DNA of 63,811 bases, filler included, from Intoshia linei (lineage: Eukaryota > Animalia > Orthonectida), in assembly GCA_001642005.1 (NCBI GenBank). It is 4 parts of 4 records of this genome, joined end to end, with 100 filler letters (N's around TTAATTAATTAA, not from the genome) between each part and the next. Parts side by side here need not be neighbours in the genome. Positions count along the whole stretch, not along the records: positions 1 to 30,730 come from LWCA01000356.1; positions 30,831 to 51,406 come from LWCA01000678.1; 2 more parts are not named here. One strand, given 5' to 3'. Both the position numbers and the translations under genes were made by a program. Below the pieces are notes generated by a model. It had not been told where the DNA came from. It worked only from the letters and a program-made list of their open reading frames with translations, and did no database searches. How positions within the stretch are numbered: the stretch's first letter is position 1; the number at the start of each line of letters is the position of its first letter. Below, piece by piece: positions 26,829 to 39,239 of the stretch.

Positions 26829-28801
26829 TCAATTATTATTTTTTTGATTATCTTCATCATCGAAATTTTTGTTAAACTCATTGCTTTGAAACATTTGTGG
26901 ATTTAAATTATTCATGTCATTAATATGCACATTATTTTGCTCTTTAATTATTGTTTTGTATGTCTTAGCTATATCTAAAGAAAATAAATAGAATTAATAT
27001 TATTAATGTATTAATTAAAATATACTAGTCATTGATATTCAGCACATCGAGTTAGAAAAGGGGTGACATTATATATTTAGACATAAGGTATTAAATCTAT
27101 TTTCATGCTTAGGTCCTAGGGCCCTATTATAATAAAATCATACAATTTTTCAAATTATAAAATGTATTGAGTTATATAGAAAATATATCAATATATGTCA
27201 AACTAGAGAATTGACCAAATAAAGAAGTGACCAAATGTAAATAAAATACATTTTACTTCAAAATAGGCTCTATTTTTACGCAAAATTTTTTGAATTCTCT
27301 ATTTTGGTCAATAGTCAAGGCTTCGCTGAATTGACAATTGAGCAATGTACAACTGTATTGCAATATTAATGACAGTAAATTGCCCGTGTCCTTATTTTCT
27401 AAAAAATACCTTGCTTTTTTAATTTTTTGTTGTCATTGCGGTATTTTGCCCGTCTATTCTTGAACCAAACCTAATTGTCAAAATTTTACTTTTAAAACCA
27501 TACTGGGCAAACCTGAATTCTTGATTCTGAAATGTTTATTCTTGATGCCATGTCTTCTCTCATAAAAATATCCGGGTATTGACTTTTATTGAAAATACTA
27601 ATAAGCATATGGAGCTGTTGTCCAGTGAAAGTGGTCCTTTCTCTACGACATTTTTTGGGAGGAGATTTCGTAAGGATTTTACCTAAAATTTATTTAAATA
27701 TAAACTATTATAATCCAATAATATACTAGCGTTAAATTATGCCTACAATATATAGGCATTACATTTTTAAGATAAATATATAATTTTTAATAGTTTATGA
27801 TTATATTTATGTCGCGCGCAAACTGCTCTATTGCCGAATATTGGAAACGATTCCTTTTTTTTGAATCAGTATCATTTATCGTATAAATTTATATGATAGA
27901 AATTAAAAATTATTAATTATCTATCCTTATTGAATTAAATGTATTAAAAATTTAATTGAAATTACAGTATCTTACTAAAAAAATACATATATACGTTTTT
28001 TGTATATTATTTATATATAAATTATATGTACTGTATTATTATACATATGTATTTTTTTCTAGTGCACTAGATTAAAACAATAGATAAAGTTTGACAAAAA
28101 TGGTCAATACAAAGTATTTTATACTTTGATTTAACATCCAAGCATATACCGTTTATAGTTTCGTAAAAATTGTTTTTTTCTTCGTCCACACAATATTTCG
28201 GTCTGAAATCTCGTGCTACTTGAGAATTTATGAAATTTTGAGACATTAACCCTTTTTCTGTATTTAAATTGGTCTTATCATTTATTACACACTGTCTTAT
28301 CGACTTTTCAATTTTTTCAGGTCTGTTTATTGGCGTAAATCCGTACGAATCTTGATATGTGTTTGCAATGCTATTCATATTATTTTGATATGAATGGGTT
28401 ATACCAAAGTTCATTATGGAAAGATAATTTGGATACATTAATCTATCAGAAAAATCATGACCATTGTTTATGTTATTGAGAGAATCTGGTGTTCTATTCC
28501 TTGAATAGGGTTTTACATTCATAACATTGGAAAAATAGTCCTGTGAGGATATCTTGTAATTATCATTAGACGAGATTTGCTTCGTAGGCCCTTTAAAGTT
28601 ATGTCCATTGTTGTTATTATCCATGTAATTAATGTTATGTATATTGTTAATTTTACTTGTAATGTTCATATTATTTACATCACAATGAGGCAAACGTGGA
28701 ATTTTTAGTATTTTGTGATCCATTTCATCTTTGTTGTTCACGTCTTGCTGATTTTCCAAGTCTACATTTGTCAAATCAGTGTAAACGTGTTTTAAGTCCA
28801 T
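26829..28801 (-). CDS. otx: Otx/orthodenticle K50 paired-class homeobox (exons 28801-28150, 27682-27513, 27470-27410, 26974-26829)
   Basis: Homeodomain [46 protein letters not shown]|[11 protein letters not shown] with diagnostic [15 protein letters not shown] and K50. A 42-nt intron lies at the Q|V position. Confidence 0.9.
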
Positions 28802-30730
28802 TTTGTAGGAAATTATATATTATCAGAATAAATGGTTTGTGTTTTGAATGGGTATAAACATAATGATTTTTCGAATTAGAATTTAATAAATATTTTACAT
28901 TTAATTGGAGTTGATAATCGATTTATTAAAATGGATAAAAACTGTTAGTAAATTGTGTATTAATCGTCAAGTTGTTTAGAATCATTTCAATATGCATCAG
29001 TGGGACAGTGAATGTATATAGTCAAGCTAAAATTTGGACACGGATGGTATTATTCAAAGTCTAATTTATTTTGGATAATCAACACTTAACAATATATTCA
29101 GTGTACATTAAATCCTCTTATTTTGATACATTATACACAGTATCCTTAATCCTGTATGTAAAAATATGGTAATATTATCTTGATAATGAGAAGGTTTAGT
29201 TCAGGTTATACATATAATATTCGACACTTGGGAATCTGCATCATATAAAAAAAATCAGAAACTTATATGTTCATCTAGACAGGTTTATATTAATTTCAAA
29301 ATTGCTGGGAGATATAAATCAGTGTTTCTCAACCTTTTTTTCGCTGTGGACCATCATAAACCAACGTTTCCCAAATGCCGGTTAGCTGAAGAAATTATAC
29401 AATGTATATTAACGAATATACTTACTTTAATTTCAATAGTTATAATATAAACATATATTAATATTATTATATATATTTATTTATACTAACGTATTAAAAC
29501 GAAAAATATATAACAAAGTAAATTGAGTGTATACAAAAAAACGTTCAACTAAATTTACATTTATACAAAATATTTTTTGGTCAATGCTTTATTTGTTGTG
29601 GTGTTTCCTACAGTGTAATTAACACAAAATATTGATTTAATCGCAATAATTTTGTATTTTGGTCATCCAGTTGATTTTTTTTCTTTATGAAAATGCCATT
29701 AATTACAGAAAACGTGACTTCAACCAAAATTATTGTTTGAAACAGGGATTGGAATTAATTGATTGCAACCAATTTAATTGCAATTAATTGATAAAAATTA
29801 TTTAAAATCAAATGAATTAATTGTTTGTTAATCTTTTTAGCAATAGCAGCTAGTAGCACACAATCAGTATATTGTAACTTATTGTAACAATTCATAAGAA
29901 AGTTACGCTGTTGTAAACTCCAACTCCAACTCGTTTGATTTTGAAAAAAAAGAACAACAGGGGTTTTTGATCCGTAAGATGTGAAATTGGGAGGTTGAAA
30001 TTTATCTTATTATACGTCCCGGAAAAAACTGTAATTGAAATGTGGGCTTTAAAAAATTCTAAGAGTGGTAGTTATTTCAATAAATTTTAAATTTTACTTT
30101 TTGTTTAAATGTCCAAAAAGTAAAGGTTCCGTCTTTTTAGTTATAAACCGGTGACAAGCTGAAATAAGAATATGACTAATATTTTGAACATATTTAGTGA
30201 AAATTAAATTCTAGTAGTTTAATGTTAATAATTATTACTGTCAGCTTTTTTTAATTGAAATTACGACAATCTGGTATACTATTTTAAACAAATTCAAAAA
30301 TATGAACAATGTTCATTGAACATGTACATTATTTAGATAAACATATGTTAAACTGTACAGTAGGGTGATCACCATATTCAAAGATCAAAAAGTATATTTC
30401 ACCATTAGGATTATTAATGATGGTGATCACTTTTCAGAAAAAATTATTCAGATTGGTTGAGTTTGGACCCAGCCACTCGACATCGAAATTTTTCCCTAAA
30501 AAGTTTAAATTAAACTTTATTTTCATAGTAAAATGTTATAAAAATTTGTAACAAATATAAAATTAATGCATATAATTTAAAATTAAATGCACTCACCCTT
30601 CGGGTTCATGCATTCTGCCAAATTCGTAATGTAAAGTGAAAATTATGCACTAGACATGTATATTAGAGTGTCCCAATTTACATTTTTGTTTGAAATTCAA
30701 AAAGTATTTTTGACTGTATGTCCCATTTTG

Positions 30731-30830
30731 NNNNNNNNNNNNNNNNNNNNNNNNNNNNNNNNNNNNNNNNNNNNTTAATTAATTAANNNNNNNNNNNNNN
30801 NNNNNNNNNNNNNNNNNNNNNNNNNNNNNN
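30731..30830. other. Assembly gap with artificial TTAATTAATTAA spacer (also 51407-51506, 62517-62616)
   Basis: An identical 100-nt N-spacer-N cassette appears three times; the spacer gives stops in all frames. Confidence 0.95.
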
Positions 30831-31738
30831 AATTAGCATTATCATCGAATTTTTAGTGCTATAAAATGTCGACTCTAGTAATAACAGTACATGGTAATGT
30901 TGAGAAAATTAAACTATCGAATGTGCGTAAAAATAATGCGGTTAGAATTTAAAAACATGAGTTAATTATTACAATGTAGAATTATTTGTGTTAATTAGAA
31001 TTATATAATTATACTTATATTAATTTTAATTAAAGTGTTCATTTATCAAAACTTGACCAAGAGGTAAAGCACAGTTTTGTGGTTATAATTTACAATTTAT
31101 TAATACCATAAATGTATAACGTAAATAATAAGTTCAATTCGTAACACCGTAACATTTTATACGTATTTTGAACCGAATTTATAGTCTAATTACAAAAATA
31201 AATTTTTTTGAATTTTGAAAATATCTGTTAACTGCGGTCTTATCTCACTATTCAATCTATTAAAAAACCTTAATTAATTAAATATTCACAAGCATCATCA
31301 AAAAACAGATGTTCAAATTTTATCATATTTCTTGCGCGTAACGCCGTAACGGTTTTTAACTGTCAATTTACGTTTTAGTATTTACTTATATGTAAAATAG
31401 TGCAAATAACCATGTTACATGCTGTAATACGCGCATTTTAAGTCTATCTATGAGTATGAGTCTTGGATATTATTTCCTGTAGATCTCTTAAATTGAAATA
31501 TTTATATTTTATTTACTAGAGAATGGCTCAAATACACTTTTTGATGCTACCATCCTTTTGGAGTTTCAATCAATATGTAATATTACATTACAGGCATAAC
31601 GAAATGTGAATAGTTCACTCCAAGTGGAAAATGCACGATTTTCAATAAAATAAAATTAACGCTTTTTTTTAAAGGGAAATAATTACGACTAAATTAATGA
31701 AAAATATCAAATTGAACCCAATTGTAACGAATTTAAAT

Positions 31739-33361
31739 CAGTGATTCTCAACGTGGTTTATATGGACCACCAGTGGTCCTCATAGAGCTTCAATATATTA
31801 TTTATAATATATCCATCAAAAGTTTTTAGTATCGCTATTAAACTGTTATATCAGGATTCCCACACTTTTTTTGCGGTGGGTTTTTAATATATTATAAAAT
31901 TTATCGCGGAACATTAAAGCAAGATAACTAGACAACTCTAAAAAAAATTGATACAAAACGTAATAAATTGACTTGTAATTAGTAAAAAATTTTCACGGAC
32001 CGCCATTTGGAAAACAGTGTGCTATATTATACTTTATGAGGATAAATTTAATAAATGTTACAGCTTCATACTGAGCTAAGTTGTATTTTCATGGATAATA
32101 ATAATAGTCAGAGTGTTAATTTAATGGAAGCTTAAGCTTTATGGGAATTTTTAAAGTTTATGGTATAAAGTAAAAATACTCATTAAAAAAAATAATATTT
32201 GAAACAATAATTATTTTACAAAGTTTAAAAAATATATATGTAAAGTCAAAAATTTTCCATCTTAGAGATAATTAATAAACTTTGTACAATTTGTAAGAAA
32301 AAAAATGTGACTTAAAACTTCTCCATGATTGAAGTTTTACTGAATAAATTGTTGTTTTGAAAAAATTTTAGGACATTTTTCATTTTAAAAAAAGGACAAT
32401 TTGGGTTTTGACCATGAACATGTGCGTTTCTGAGGCTGAGATTTACAACAATGTTAATGATATTAAAATGCGTCCCAGAATGTATGTATTATTAATTTTT
32501 AGGGCTGATTTTTTTTTAACAAAAAGGAAAATTGTTTTTTTGACTTTGAAGGACTCAAACTGTGAAACTAAAAAATATAAAAAATACTCCTGGGAAAAAC
32601 TTTATTAGAAATTAAGTTTTTGAAATTCTACGACTATCAATTTTGTAAATAAATAGTAACACACAGAAATATAGACATTCAATTTTATATAATTAAAGCA
32701 GTGGTGGGCGAAATCATGCTTCATACTTATGTTTACATTAAAATTTTACAACGTATTACATTCCATTTAGATAATTAACTATTTTTGCGCATTAGATAAA
32801 ATTTTCCTATCTTTATCTCTTTTAAATAAAATAATTGTATATTTTTAATTAGATTAAACTAAATGCAATGATATAAAAATTAAATTTTTTGGTTGATTTT
32901 ATCAATAGTTGAACAAAAAAATTATTTTTATTATTTATCAATAATATGCTAATTTTTGATCAAATTTTCTTTTATTGTTTGCATAGATATAATAATAAAT
33001 ACATACAATTTTGAAACTTAATAATAAACACAATTAATAATTAAAATGCACTCCAAAAATAATAATTGTTAATTATTCAAATGGAATTTTGACACTTTAA
33101 TATTTAAAAAAGGCAATCAAATTTACAAGCCAAAATAGAATTTCATCAATTTAAATTTTTCATGTGTAGTCACGATATTTGTGCAGCACGCATATCAATA
33201 AGTTTGCCCACCACTGAATTAAAGGATTGAAAATAAAGTATATTCGTTAATCTAAAATTTCTTCCGCTAACCGGAATTTGGGAAATTTTGGTTTATGGTG
33301 GTCCATATAAATTTTTAGAATAAAATATGGTCCAGAGCGATAAAAAGGTTGAGAAACACTG
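31739..33361. mobile_element. hAT MITE containing nested elements
   Basis: CAGTGATTCTCAAC ... GTTGAGAAACACTG; flanks ATTTAAAT/ATTTAAAG (7/8 match). Confidence 0.6.
32699..33216. mobile_element. Nested hAT MITE
   Basis: TIR CAGTGGTGGGC/GCCCACCACTG with perfect TSD AATTAAAG. Confidence 0.9.
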
Positions 33362-33795
33362 ATTTAAAGTAATCAATTTATAATTAATCACAATTAATTT
33401 TTCGTTAGGGTTTATTTAACGTGTGATTTTTTATAGTATTAATAACGGGGCTATGTAAATGAAATTTATCGAATACATGTACAATAGAAGGAGACGTTGA
33501 CAGGGCTAGGGGTCATATGGACAAGGCCTATAATCTAATATTTTAATTTATTAATAGGTAATGTTGGAAAGTTTGTCAAATGTCAAAATTATGCTGACCA
33601 ATGCTATTTACAACTGTTATTTTCAATTTTTTTTGATTAAAAAATGTATAGACGTCCAAATTTAAAAAAAAGTAAATAAAATAGTAGGTGGTACTACTAT
33701 TATTATACTATTACTAATATAGTACCACGGTGGTAGTAAATATTAACCGATTTCATTTTTTTGTATAAATGCTTAAAATTAAAAAAGAAATACAC

Positions 33796-34232
33796 CTGCG
33801 AAATGGGTCTTTCTAATAAAAAAAAAAGTAGACACGCTAATATACAACCACTTTCCCCTGGAATTCGAATATAACATAATTCTTCACATTGACAGAAACT
33901 TTCGGTGGACTGGACCATACAAATTTTGTCCTTTTTGATAAAATTACATCTATAGGTATCGTAAATTGCGTCTTACTATAAATACATTGATTATACGACC
34001 AGAGCAGTATAATTGATAGAATTATGTTGATTGTACCATAAATGATTTTTTCGGCAAGATTGTCAGTAATATCTAAAAGGGATATAAAATCCATTTTAGC
34101 ATTAGACTTACAAACACAAAAGACATAAATGTACACATATACACTCCACAAGATTAAGCAGGTAATAATAAATGTTGGTAGTAATGATGTTAATTTCATG
34201 CAAAAGTTTCCGATGGATTTTAACATGTACAT
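33796..34232 (-). CDS. ZDHHC2/15/20-like palmitoyltransferase, N-terminal exons only
   Basis: LLPTFIITCLILWSVYVYIYVFC | TDNLAEKIIYGTINIILSIILLWSYNQCI resembles TM1/TM2 of ZDHHC2/15/20 (W.PV.FI.....WSYY.Y...LC; WSY..TI). No DHHC exon was found. Confidence 0.6.
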
Positions 34233-35303
34233 TTTTATTTTATTACAATTGAGTCTGAATTAATATGATCCAAAGATAGTAGAAAATAAGTTTTGCATAT
34301 AACTTGGATACTATTTTATTTTGTATTTACTAATACACTCGGATACTTTCCTATATTGGAAATTTAAATTCTAATAAATTATACTGCAATGTAGTCGTTA
34401 TTATGTTATTTTAAATTGATTAATATTTATTATCCAATTTCAGTGTGAATCAAGTTATAATCACTTTCGTACCCATTAATGTATTTTTGTATTACTTTTT
34501 TGTACTTTTACAGTATGAATTTTTAGTTTTTAAATTTAAGATAATTATAATTATATAACACGTGTGTGTTGAAAATATCTAATATTAAAATTAATTTATA
34601 TCAATTAATAATATATAAACAATCATCAATTCACTTTACACAAATTAATTAATTTAAATTTACACCTGGCTGGGATCCCAGGATGTGGAAAATTTATTCT
34701 ATTTTAGTTTTTTTAAAATTTATAAAATTTTTTCATCATTTCAGTCTGAAATTCAGATAATAACATAATTTTAGGTGATATTAAATTTTTTTGAAAAAAA
34801 TAAATTTTCTGCCTTAAAAGTGAAATTGTTTGAATGCATGATAACAATGTAAGAAAATTATGTCTACAAGATACATGTATAATGGTAATTACAATTGTTA
34901 AGTATAATCATTATAAAATAAATTTCAAGTAGATTTTGATAATTTTAATTAATTATTTAAAAATTCATCATTTATCAACAATTAAAATAATTATAATGAG
35001 TGAATCAAGTGAAATGTGAAATTTTGTTTAAAATTTAACATAGTTAACAATTGACATTAATTATGATTCAGTCTTGGCAATGTCTAACAAATTCGGATAA
35101 ACAAAATGGAACTAGACCAATTAACAGCTTGAAAATTGTGTATCATTTTGTTATAATTACTTACGCTGTACTCTAAATTTGATAAACAAATACTATAACA
35201 ACAGCACTTAAACTTTATTCAGAAAATTGAGATACTGGACCGGTATCATTAATATATTTTAGTGATAATATACGTTTCAAATTTACACAAGCTTACATAT
35301 ACA

Positions 35304-36251
35304 ATGGCAGATATAAGTTTGAACGATGATTCAAATTTAAGTGGTGATGTTCTCGAGTCCGATGTACCTGAAGAAATCAAGAATGATAATGTAATATTTT
35401 ATTTACAATTTAAAAATTTTTTAGGCTGGAAAAGGAATAGATTCGGATTTTAATGATAGAATGAAAATGTTGGAATTTGAAACAGATGATTTATTAAATG
35501 TGACAGCATCAATCCTTAGTGTAAATAAAACGAGCAACGGCCCATCAACTCCATCTCTAACAGGTTTTTATAAATTTCATTGAGACAGGTTTTAATATTG
35601 TGTCTATTTTTACGGGTAGATTGAGTGTATATCAATGTTTTTAGAAAAAGACTGCTCCGAAGAGCCTTCACCTGCAACAGGAGATAATGCATTACCGTTA
35701 GATGAAAAACAGGATAAAATCGAAGTCGATAGCCGATCAGTCTATGTTGGAAATGTAAGTATTTAGTTTTAGTGTATTTATATTGTTTAGGTTGATTACG
35801 GAGCTACTGCTGATGAATTGGAACTCCATTTTCATGGGTGCGGGTCCATTAACAGAGTGACAATCATGTCTGATAAAAACAGTGGTCACCCTAAAGGGTA
35901 TTTATAATTGTTTATTTATGTTTATTGTTGATTAGATTTGCGTATGTTGAATTTGAAAGCTTGGATGGTGTTGAAACTGCAAATGCATTAGACAGTTCAC
36001 TTTTCAGAGGAAGAATAATTAAAGTAATTTATTTTTTTATGTTTTTGATTTTTTAATTAATCTTTTAGGTTTTACCAAAACGAACAAACGTTCCAAATAA
36101 TTCAACTCCAAGATTTCGAGGATATAGATCAAGAGGCAGAGGAGGATCTTATAGAGGTAGGTATCGATCACGCGGAAGGTTTAATAGTCGTGGTAACTTT
36201 AATTTAAACAAACGTAGATTCCGCCGAGCTCGATACTATCAACCGTATTAA
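35304..36251 (+). CDS. PABPN1: Nuclear poly(A)-binding protein (7 exons)
   Basis: DSRSVYVGN|[36 protein letters not shown]|FAYVEF...[12 protein letters not shown]|VLPKRTN, then an RG-rich tail ending YYQPY*. Confidence 0.97.
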
Positions 36252-37319
36252 TGTTAGACACTATAAGTTGTATTATATGAATAAATCACTACATTTTATT
36301 TTTTCGCAGCTCTCATCGATTCTTATTTTTTTTTGTTTGGTTTTCATGAAAGTGAGAGCCCACTAACCTTCATGTTCTAACGTAAAAAATTTAATATAAT
36401 GTGACACTAGACATGTTAATGTCAAAATAAATATTTGGAATAAACCTAAATATAAAAAATATTTTTTATTTTTCGAAAACAGATCCTTTACTTCCATAAT
36501 AACCAATTATCAATATAACCATAAGTAATAATTAATTAAAAGTCGTAGATTTTAAAAAAAACCAATTTCTAACACCGTTTTTTTCAATTACCGAATTTAA
36601 GTCCTTCAGGGTCCAAAACCCAATTTTTTCTTTTGTTTAAAAAATAAAATCAGTCAGTAAAAAGTGCCACGTTTTCACAATCAAAACAACAGATTACCTA
36701 TTTTTAAATAAAATTACAACTGATAGTTTTATCCAATTAATTCACTCAAAAATTTTCAATCTGACGCGTTCACGATCAAAAAAGCACTTTAATATTCATT
36801 TTTTTATTTCGAAACTATTTTATTGGAACAAAAAATTTAAAATAATTAACGATCTTACGATAAAAAAATAATTTTATAGTGATATAGCTTATTCCAGTTG
36901 ATATAAATACAAAGTTTCACCCCCAAGAAATTTATTCATTCACAATTGAAATTAAGATAAAGATTAGTTCACAGGTGGAAAAGTGCGGCCTTATTGACGA
37001 TTTGGTGTAAGCTGAACAATTTAAAAATTACTAATTTTTGGTTAAAGTAGGTTTTTTCTTTAAGGGTTGGTAAATTTTAGTTTTTTATTATAAAATTTTA
37101 CTAAAATGTATCATTCCCCCAATCATATAACATTTTCGTATTCACCCCTTGAGGTGACCAGTCACCCAAGAGAATCAATGCCGTATTTGATTAAATTTTT
37201 TTAAATTGAAGTAAAAGTAGACTCGTAAACAAAATATTAATGTCGGTTTATTATAAAATTTACAAAAATACAAGATTTACAAATATGAAATCTGAAATAA
37301 TTAAAAAAATTACCTGAAC

Positions 37320-38377
37320 TCAAATCGGAATGAAATTGTCATCACTGTCCAACACAGTTTCATTCTCTTTAATATCAGCGACAATAGGTAGTTGCAGAGC
37401 CTTATCAGTGGTGTCAGGTTTGTTGGGCCTAAATACAAATACAAACTAAAAGAAAATCAATACCTATTTTGATTTGGAACCTTTTTCATCTGAGAGGTTG
37501 GTTTATGAATAAGCGGACACTGATTAATACCGTACGGACATTTTCCTGAAAATATAAAGATTTGTGAAAAAAATTATACCAGTCTCAGAATATATATGGC
37601 ATACAAACGAATGAAATTTGTCACACTTATCAAAAAATAATAAATAAGTACAATAAAACATTACCTCATCTTTTTCTATACACGTTGATTTAATAAAATC
37701 TATACATGGAGGTGCATCTTTGGAAACATTAATATGACGGTAATTACACTGCGAGCCGAGAGTGCAAGTTCCTTTGATATAATAAACACATGTTGGCATG
37801 TTATTTGAAGAAATGTCGTGATTAAATGAGCAGGAAAGGGAACTAGCGTCACATTTCCCAATCATGAATCTAATCTATTTAAGAAGAAGAAAAGTAAATT
37901 ACTGTTTGCAATCAATTGAAGACATGTCATGTGAAAATGTACAATTTTTTTTATAGCATTTCTTAAATTTTAAATAATTGGTACAAAGCGTATTAGAGTT
38001 TGACTTAAAACGGTAGCTATTTTCACTAAAAATGTTAAAGTTGTTAGAAACAATTCATACCTGTATCTATGTCTATAATAATTTGGTTGAGGTTTAGACC
38101 AATTTTGTCTATAGGTTTTATGCCTTGGTTTGTAAAAATTTCGAGGTCGGTATCTTGGATTGGAATTTAATGGTGCTCGTTGGTGAATATTATAACTGGG
38201 TTCACCCTTTACATGAGAATCTATTAGACCTAACCACATAAAAATTAAATGCTACAATAGTTGAGTGCATGTGGCATTCATCTACAAAACAATATTAACA
38301 AGTATACCTTTAATGTAATTATATTCAACGATCAATTTTTTCCTTTCCATTTCTTCTTTTTTTGAATCTTCAGTCAT
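37320..38377 (-). CDS. ZC3H3: CCCH zinc-finger protein, ZC3H3-like (5 CCCH fingers)
   Basis: N-terminal EEMERKKLIVEYNYIK|GLIDSH (cf. ZC3H3 LQGLIDDYK). Tandem fingers include CSFNHDISSNNMPTCVYYIKGTC..CNYRHINVSKDAPPCIDFIK. Confidence 0.8.
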
Positions 38378-39239
38378 TTTCGTGTATATATTATTTTATT
38401 ACAAATCAATTAATTTGAATGGATGAGCAAATTCGCTGCCAAGGTTAAGTAGTTTATTAGTGCTTAGTTTATTTATGTTGTTATGTTGATTGTACATTCC
38501 AAATTGGAATTTCTATTGGAAATTTTCCAAAGTTATTATACTTTTAGTTTACTGCCAAGATAACGACAGTATAAATTTATAATACAAATAGAAATACGAT
38601 GTATGAATATTCAATGAGCTGATACTGTGACCCATAGTATGATACTATTAGTATCACAGTCTATGCGTTGAACTTGTTGAAAAATTTTTCCTTTTTCAGA
38701 TATACAAATTCTTAGCGTTAATTTTTCTCAAGAAAAGATCAATTTTAGTAAAAAAGTTAATACAGATCAAAATTCAATGGGCATTATACACTTTATGCCC
38801 TATTCAATAACCTTAACATGACTATAAATTAAGGGTTTTACCCTTTTGATTTACTACTTAAATTTTTATTTTTTGAAAAGTTTCTAATTTCAAATTAAAT
38901 TTTATTATCCGACTGAAATTATTGATATTAATGTTTTGACCCTAAATAAACTACTCAATTTTAAATCTAGAACTTTTTAGTTCGTCAATATTATAAATTA
39001 AAATAGTTAATTTTAGTTTACGAATTAGCTGTAATTATTCTTTTTATTTATGTATTTTTACTAAATTTAAATGACAAATCATTTTTGCTTTAACCATTTC
39101 ACTATTTCGAATCAAAATTTTCAAAGTAGAAACATTTTTTGTTTATTGTATACCCAGAATCTGGATTCCAGAATAATGAACAGTAATAGTACTCATTACA
39201 ACAATATGAATTAAATTTTATTTATTTTTATAATTATAA

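Noticed and set aside
30731-30830. TTAATTAATTAA palindrome between N runs (three times)
   Set aside because: Scaffolding spacer, not biological.
37292-37313. Apparent 22-nt GT-AG intron after ZC3H3
   Set aside because: It lies beyond the stop codon at 37320 and cannot be supported without transcripts.
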